The notes beneath the pieces were generated by a model. The model ran no database searches and was not told where the DNA came from. It saw only the letters and a list, made by a program, of their open reading frames with translations. From the NCBI GenBank assembly GCA_002633005.1, contig NMRA01000479.1:27091-91090 (forward strand): a DNA stretch of 64,000 bases, read 5' to 3'. This DNA comes from Phoronis australis. Taxonomy: Eukaryota; Animalia; Phoronida. Shown piece after piece: positions 27,014 to 64,000 of the stretch (position 1 is the stretch's first letter; the number at the start of each line of letters is the position of its first letter). Made by a program: the position numbers and the translations under genes.

Positions 27014-28480
27014 TAGTATTTATTTCTTAGAATTGGATGAGAAAATCGTTTCAAAATGCTTCTAGGCCAAAACCAGGTTTGGTATCCTTTTAATTGACCG
27101 ATTGTATTGAGAGTTTCTTTTCGCTTCAAGTTTTGTTCTGCAGATTTTTTACTGCTTTTGTTTTTCTGAAATAAAGTTTGTCTCTTCCTGGCATGGGAAC
27201 AAGATGGCAAGAATTCTTCTACCGGTATATCTAATTTCAATACACCCCCAGCAGCTGAATCGCAAATCATCCTCTCTGCCATTGCATTGTTATTCGTACG
27301 ACTGTGTTTGGTGGGAGCCCGTCCGGTTCCGCCTTGTTGTATTGTCGGCTGCGAATTGAACTCTTTGTCTAGTTTATCTGGCGTTCTTCCTTTAAATTTT
27401 CGACATCAATTTTTCATTTATTGGAAACTTTCCACACAATTGTGTCCTTGTGACAGGATGAAAACAAAAATAACTAAGGATACATTTCCCGCTACACTGT
27501 CCATATAAACAGTTCATCCAACCTGCAATGTTTAAAATTAAAAAAAAAAACATCCTACTGATAGAACAAACTCCAAACAACTGACAAATTTCACATTTGT
27601 TTATTTGTCATCTTCCTGTGGTGAGCAAGATAACTGAATTTTCATGACATTCTTAAGCAAAGGAAATAGATTTAGACATTTCAAGTTGTTGAAAAAAGTA
27701 TAATTAAGTTGACTGTTTCCAAACCCTTTTCACCCAACCTTTAAAAACAGATTATACATTCCATTCTACTAAAAGGATTCCTCTCTCAGAAGCACCATTC
27801 TTCACAATTTTTTTGTTCATTTAATTCTGTTTGTTTGAACCAAGAGATGGAGAGACCTTTCAAGTGGTTTAACACACCAAGCCATGGAGAGACCATTCAA
27901 ACGGTTTAACGCACCAAGTCGTGGATTGTTGGATCTAGCTTTTTGCAAAGAAGCTCCTGACCTTACTGATGCATGTTAGCCACAACTATAAACAAGGGCA
28001 ACGCAGAGCGTTCAAATGCGCCCACAATTGCACCGCATACGGTATCCTTCTAGGGATGTTTATTGGTACCATAAAGTGGCCAGTAGAGGGCATATATGCA
28101 GTATGTTGTACTTTGCAAAATGGAAAGGCATGGTCATTGTCTCCTCAATAGGCTAGGGGCAAAATGTGAGTGATCTTCATAATACAAGCACATCCTATAC
28201 ATCAGTTGCTTAAAGCACCACAGAAACATAGAATTAAAAACAAATTTACCAACATACGAGATTAGCACAGCATTAGAATGCCAGAAACAAATTTNNNNNN
28301 NNNNNNNNNNNNNNNNNNNNNNNNNNNNNNNNNNNNNNNNNNNNNNNNNNNNNNNNNNNNNNNNNNNNNNNNNNNNNNNNNNNNNNNNNNNNNNNNNNNN
28401 NNNNNNNNNNNNNNNNNNNNNNNNNNNNNNNNNNNNNNNNNNNNNNNNNNNNNNNNNNNNNNNNNNNNNNNNNNNNNNNN

Positions 28481-29262
28481 GGATGTCGCAAACTAGGTCG
28501 AATCCATCCGAAAACAGGAGGATAGCGTCATCACACTAATAGGTCCCTACATACCAAATTTCATGAAAATCCATTAAGGACTTGTGAAGATACAGAGGTA
28601 AACGTAAAAAAATAAAATTGCCACTAGGGGGCACACTGGTAGGCGGATCCGTCCAAAAGTCGTCATCGTCTGTTGTTAACATAATATAAATAAACTTATT
28701 AAATTTCGTAAAGATCCTGCGAACGGTTTAGGAGATACAGCCATAGGCGCAAAAAAACAAAACTGCCACTAGGAGGTGCCACAGTAGTCCAAATCGTCTG
28801 AAAATCATCGTCAACCATCCTCTACATAGTAAGCATATACATGCCAATTTTCACAATCATCCTTCGAGCAGTTTGGTTGATAGAGGGGTGGACGCACAAA
28901 AACAAGACTCGAAAACACAAAATGGCCACTAGGTGGCGCAAACTATGTCGAATCCATCTGAAAACGGGAGGATAGCGTCATCTCACTAATAGGTGCCTAC
29001 ATACCAAATTTCATGAAAATCCGTTCAGGACTTTTGAAGATACAAAGATAAGCGTAAAAAAATTAAAATTGCCACTAGGGGGGCACACCGGTAGTCGGAT
29101 CCGTCTGAAAGTTCGCACATGCCGTCCCATTCATGAATGGAACATATGTGCCAAATTTCATGAACGTATGTCAAAGGGTTTTGGAGATAAAGCAGCGGAC
29201 GCCGCCCGGACGGAGATGACGGCATAATGCGTCCACATATAAATATGTGGGCGCATAAAAAA
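28481..29262 (+). mobile_element. Helentron/HINE-like non-autonomous repeat
   Basis: Internal about 450-bp duplication (28490/28941), ccaaatttcatgaaaatcc motifs, terminal hairpin gcgtccacatat..atatgtgggcgc followed by an A-run. Confidence 0.5.
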
Positions 29263-29452
29263 TGCATTTTCAAGTAAGTTCTGCTATCTAAATTATTTCA
29301 AAGTATAGAATTCCTCTTCCAAATAAAAATGTTGCACTCGTTCTACACATTGTAAATTGATTTCACTTCGGAAAACATGACAATTGTCAGTAATGTGAAC
29401 ACCTGAAGTAAATGTATTGAAAATTAAGAAATCAAAAAAAATTTTAAACAAT

Positions 29453-29458
29453 TTTATT
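29453..29458 (-). terminator. Putative NDUFS1 polyadenylation signal AATAAA
   Basis: AATAAA on the minus strand about 400 nt after the stop, followed by a T-rich tract. Confidence 0.5.
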
Positions 29459-29860
29459 TCAAGTACACTTTACAAAATCACACTGTGTGACATGACCACT
29501 ATTGGAAATGTCGGGCGTACTATCTCGATTATCTGCCAATTGAGTGTTGTCATATAGTGCTACTCACAAGTTGCACTTCAAGGTTTATATTATCATATTC
29601 ATGTGAAATCCACCAATAGAGCGAATTTGTGAGGTATGACCTGGTAGCCTCTTAGCACGTTGTACATTGAAGTTTCAATAAATGCTTCCAAAGTTACATT
29701 CAACTTACTGCTAAAACTGTTCACCACACTATCAATATTAATGGTATCCACAAATCAATGACACTACAAATTACAGTTAGTGCTAACAATGCAAGTTACT
29801 GACATGCCTCAGCCACAATCACCAAAGTTCTGTACAATAAATATTTTAACAGTCTCCTAT

Positions 29861-51435
<21,575 letters not shown>

Positions 51436-53752
51436 GGCGGCAAGCTAAAGAAGGAACGAATGGTTTAGGGCCCTTTCAATACACAAAATGTCAATTTAAA
51501 ATTGAACTAGCTTTACACAAATAAGCAGAAACAAGTACAAGTAAAAACACGTGAAAGCGCTCGGAGTGACACTTGGCAAGAAAATTGACGGAAAAAGACG
51601 ACAATGGATATGACGACGACAATGATGATTACGATGATGAAGGTGGCGATTATGAACAACACTGTAGCATTCATATGACTAGCGAAGATGACAGAAACAG
51701 TAAGAAATAGACTATAGTCTTGTTCAATAGAAGCTAAACCAACATCAATGCAGCAATAGTGCTCAACAAAAGAACAGTGCTATCAAAAAATATCGAATAA
51801 CTTGAAAAGTAGACGTCCTAGCGAAAAATTGAAAGTATCATCTGAAAGCCCGTTCAAAACTCTATCTAACAAGTTAGTTTGAAAAATTGAGTAAATTTTT
51901 CGAAAATAGAAATTTTGCATTTTTTTGAAATTCAAAGACAAATAACTCGAAAATGGTTAGTCTGACAAAAAATTGTTCCAGTTCATTTGAAAGATTATAC
52001 TTTAAAGAATTCACATGCAAAAATTCACGTCATTTTCTTTTCCCGTTTAAAATGGCACCCCAGCACGACTGAAAATGGGTGAAAATGCGCCAGATCCACC
52101 ATCTTGAAAGCAACTTCCGGTTTTTGAGCAACAGATAATAGCGCGTCATTGAAAACTAATACCTGAAAAATTTCGAAGCAATTGGTCAAATAATGCGCTC
52201 TCTATAGGAGAAAACGTTTTTTGCACTAAATGAAGGCGCGCATGTGCAATTGCCGATAGTTCCGTCCATATTTGACCGGAAGTTCATGATTTTTTTGTAC
52301 ATTAGTAGTACTTGTGTACTTCTATACATGCCCCGATTTTCATCCGTGTACTTCAAAAATTAAGGCCTCTATGAGCATTTGAATCTGTAATTGGAAACAA
52401 AATGGCCACCACGTCTGCCACCTTGGAACTGATCATGACCAAAAACATTAGGCTTTCAGTACTTCCAGAGATACAGGTTCTGTGCAAATTTCGTGCGAAT
52501 TGGTAAAAAATTACTCCTGTAGAGTGCGAACAAAGAAACGGAAAAAAATTAACGTCAGAGTGACACACTTAGCGGAATTTGAAGAATTCTGCCAAGTAAT
52601 AAGAAATTGTTTTATACATTTCAGAAGAAGAGAGGGAGAGTATAATACAAAAAATCTGAGATATCATGGTGTGATTTCCAGAACGTTGCTGAGGGCAAAT
52701 TTCAGGAAGCATTGTTGAAGGAAAATGGCTGACTAATATCATAATGGCACTCCGTAGAGTAATGAGAGTGATAAAGCGACTTTTGCTCAATCCTGGGTTA
52801 GATTCAGTAGACAGAAATTCACTCCTACAAAGTGGTTCTTTGCTTTAAAATCAGAGGAATAAATTTGTCAACCTCTTCCCAGTGTTTGAATAGGTTAAGT
52901 TCATTAATTCATTTTGGCATTATGACATCGACTAGGATCAAAATTCTCTCATTTTACCAATTATGGCCATTGACTATGCTGCCGCTCCTATGGGACATGT
53001 CCTTCAGCCATGGATATTTCAAGAGATTTGCCTTTTTTCCTAATGGTTAACCCATTATTATTTCCCACCACATACCAGTAAACATTTCCCGATATTTATG
53101 ATAGCAGCAAAGGTGTTAAAACGATGTGCTTATACCAACAGGGTAAAACGTCCCGTCCTCGTTACATGTAATGTTAACTGGCAATGAATGCTTGTCCACC
53201 GAAGACCTGATCGGCATCAGGACACTAAATAGTGAATTTCAACATTGCACGGTTATGTCCAAAACCAGCTATTCCAGGACACACCCTAAAGCATGTAAAA
53301 GGAAATTCTAGTACACTGAACTGATTTGGTTTGGCCGCGTTGTTTTTTTCTGCTTTTGGCTTGCAAAAATGCCTAATTGATTCTCTTAATTGCAAAATAC
53401 AGGGATAAGCCAGCCAAGCTTGCGTAGACTGGGCCGAGGGGGTTGTGGGTTGTGGGGTCGAGGGGATTTTACAACAATCTGTGTGCATTCAATAACTAGT
53501 TTTGCATGACATAAAAAGCTTCGAAATACTTTGACTTCAAGGAAATTTTTTTGGTGCAGAACTTTGGGTGCTTTAACTTTTTTGGCATTGAATGCACTAC
53601 ACGGAAAAAATATGTCACCTACAAAATGTTAATTTTGAGACGAGTAACTTTCTATGGGGTTGGGCGATTGCTTGTGTATATGGCTGCATCCACAGCCACA
53701 GGCAATGAAATGATAATCATTTGACTAGGCTACCTAGTATGTACCTGGCTAC

Positions 53753-54219
53753 TTAGGCCATCGCCTCTGCTGGCCCGACCAGAGGCGATGCAGCTCCTAT
53801 AGGCGCTCCATACGTCGGAAGCTTTTCGGCGAATTATTAATTTATTGTGCTCCGAAATCCTCCATTCTGTGTATCACAACTGTCCACAGACATTGCTCGT
53901 ATGTGCTCCACTCATCTGTGATATGACCATTGCTGGAGATCAGATCCTTTAATTATATGGACCTCTACCCCTAGAATACTACGTCACAAGGCAGTGCTGT
54001 GCCAAACAATCGCGGCAATCGCGGGGAATTACAAGACAAGACAAGATATGCCTCGCACTGGCTAAAGCATTTAAGTCACGTTGTTATAAATACCTTTTGC
54101 ACATAGGGACACCTTGGTTGTCGGTGTGCTTAATTCCGGCGTATGGAGCGCCTATAGGATAGGAGCTGCATCGCCTCTGGTCGGGCCAACAGAGGCGATG
54201 GTCTGATGGTCATTGCCTA
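53753..54219. mobile_element. Related older copy of the same TIR family
   Basis: catcgcctctg..cagaggcgatg hairpin arms in inverted orientation at both ends. Confidence 0.6.
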
Positions 54220-54242
54220 CTGGCAGTACCCTACTGGCTACC

Positions 54243-55267
54243 TAGGCAATGACCATCGCCTCTGTTGGCCAGAACCAGAGGCGATGTAGAGGCTAAAGGC
54301 GCTCTGTACGCCGGAAGCTTTTCGGCGAATTATGCCTCGCACCGACTAAACCATCAAAGTCACGTTGTTACAAATACCTTTTGCGCTTAGAGGAACACCT
54401 TAGGAGGTTGTCGATGTGTTTAATTCCTTCCAACTCGAACAAATACTCCCGTTATGAAACTTTTTCTTCGAGCAGTCCCTATTTCAGTTCCCAAAATCGT
54501 GAACTCAACTTTTTCATTTTTTTAACCAGGCCGAAGGTCAGAAGTTGCGGACCTACCGGCGAACTTTGAAAGCTGAAGTTCCCGCCCTTCGCGTACGTGC
54601 TGCCGGGAACCAGCCGTGCATTTGCCGTGTTGTTAAACATTAAAATGTCAAATATGTGCAAAAAGACTATTAAATGTCATATCAACAGCATTTGTTTTTA
54701 TCAAATACAAACAATGATTCATTGAAATACAATCAGTTTCAAGTAACGCCAATTAAAGACAAGTATAAGTGGTGGCATTTTGGAAACGAACATTTGACTG
54801 CCAAGACCGCAATGGCTCACCTTTGGCCTATTTAAAGATTGAGGTCATGAATTGGAGCGTGCGCAGTATAAAAANNNNNNNNNNNNNNNNNNNNNNNNNN
54901 NNNNNNNNNNNNNNNNNNNNNNNNNNNNNNNNNNNNNNNNNNNNNNNNNNNNNNNNNNNNNNNNNNNNNNNNNNNNNNNNNNNNNNNNNNNNNNNNNNNN
55001 NNNNNNNNNNNNNNNNNNNNNNNNNNNNNNNNNNNNNNTCGAAGAAAAAGTTTCATAACGGGAGTATTTGTTCGAGTTGGAAGGACTTAAACACATCGAC
55101 AACCTCCTAAGGTGTTCCTCTATGCGCAAAAGGTATTTATAACAACGTGACTTTGATGGTTTAGTCGGTGCGAGGCATAATTCGCCGAAAAGCTTCCGGC
55201 GTACAGAGCGCCTATAGCCTCTACATCGCCTCTGCTTCGGGCCAACAGAGGCGATGGTCATTGCCTA
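54243..55267. mobile_element. Foldback/MULE-like element with long TIRs
   Basis: About 225-bp inverted arms (54243-54470 and 55039-55267) with ends TAGGCAATGACC; 9-bp flanking repeat CTGGCTACC at 54234-54242 and 55268-55276; N-gap inside. Confidence 0.75.
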
Positions 55268-55415
55268 CTGGCTACCCAGCTCAAGATACACAAAACACCG
55301 AGTTTGGAAATCAAATGTGTGAGCACAGTTGCTATTTCACGTACAACCACACAACAGAGACATTAATTAACTTAATCACAGAAAATACTATCAAATGATT
55401 TTGAAGAAAAATAAC

Positions 55416-55470
55416 CTTTTCCGAGCTCTGGATATTCGCCAAGTGGCCTACAAATGTCCTTTCTGAAGCC
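55416..55470 (-). other. Candidate non-coding first exon of NDUFS1
   Basis: Minus-strand donor-like GGAAAAG|gttatt at 55416. Acceptor-like ttccttctttag lies 9 nt before the NDUFS1 ATG (exon edge 51444). The 5' end is only approximate. Confidence 0.4.
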
Positions 55471-55678
55471 AGAGAACATGAGATTATTAGAAGGTGACAT
55501 AATAAAACGATGTTATAAAGTGTATAAAAAATTGAAAAAAAGTCTAACTACACCAAAATCTGCACTAGTACATATAATAATTATCAACACCCAAATAAAG
55601 AAAATTTTCATTGTTATTGTGCTAATTATTTATGTCGTAATATCAATGAAATGAAATATTGCCGTTTTTATTATTTTC

Positions 55679-55707
55679 ACGCATGCGCAATTGTGCTTTT
55701 CCTTTCC
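55679..55707 (+). promoter_or_regulatory. Putative EEF1B core promoter: NRF1-like site plus TOP/TCT start
   Basis: acGCATGCGCa at 55679-55689, then pyrimidine tract CTTTTCCTTTCC at 55696-55707 about 80 nt before the ATG; EEF1B genes are known TOP mRNAs. Confidence 0.6.
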
Positions 55708-55778
55708 GACATTAACCGGCCACGCGAAGTCAGTCGTGCTCTCTTCGGTCTCATTTGAAGAACGAATTTAACGAGACA

Positions 55779-63741
<7,963 letters not shown>

Positions 63742-63792
63742 GTAAAAAAGTTACTCAAACAGCCATCTTAAGGTGGATGTGTAATTTAGTGG

Positions 63793-64000
63793 GATACTCA
63801 ACCTTATTGTTGGTACTCAACCTTATTGTTGATACTCAACCTTATTGTTGATACTCAACCTTATTGTTGGTACTCAACCTCATTGTTGGTACTCAACCTC
63901 ATTGTTGGTACTCAACCTCATTGTTGGTACTCAACCTCATTGTTGGTACTCAACGTTATTGTTGGTACTCGACCTGATTGTTGGTACTCGACCTTATTGT
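63793..64000. repeat. 19-bp minisatellite
   Basis: Unit actcaacct(t/c)attgttggt running to the window end. Confidence 0.95.

Noticed and set aside
27013-27380. Possible Crypton/tyrosine-recombinase-associated fragment
   Set aside because: Resemblance too weak and no catalytic motif visible.
51595-51695. Acidic (GAC/GAT)-rich coding-like stretch
   Set aside because: Short low-complexity tract with no sustained ORF or convincing splice sites.

Overview
Animal (invertebrate-like, AT-rich, repeat-rich) genomic window with three N-gaps (589-956, 28295-28480, 54875-55038). It holds two intron-containing housekeeping genes arranged head-to-head. NDUFS1 (complex I 75 kDa Fe-S subunit) is complete on the minus strand: 17 coding exons, 29861-51435, summing to 2178 nt (725 aa + stop). 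EEF1B/EF-1beta is on the plus strand: five coding exons, 55779-63741, with the last exon(s) outside the window. The same divergent pair is found in human (NDUFS1/EEF1B2). The sequence suggests a non-coding NDUFS1 first exon and a compact bidirectional promoter with a TOP/TCT start, and EEF1B intron 1 contains a well-formed box C/D snoRNA candidate. The rest is transposon and repeat landscape: a decayed Mag-like Ty3/Gypsy element, a truncated Copia carrying a nested solo LTR, an Academ-type DNA transposon, several TIR/foldback elements, Helentron-like repeats, LINE fragments and many minisatellites. I found no unambiguous novel system. The best leads are the conserved bidirectional locus, the snoRNA candidate, a recursive-splice-like exon start, and a TIR-bounded element carrying a spliced gene remnant. 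All coordinates were read by hand.
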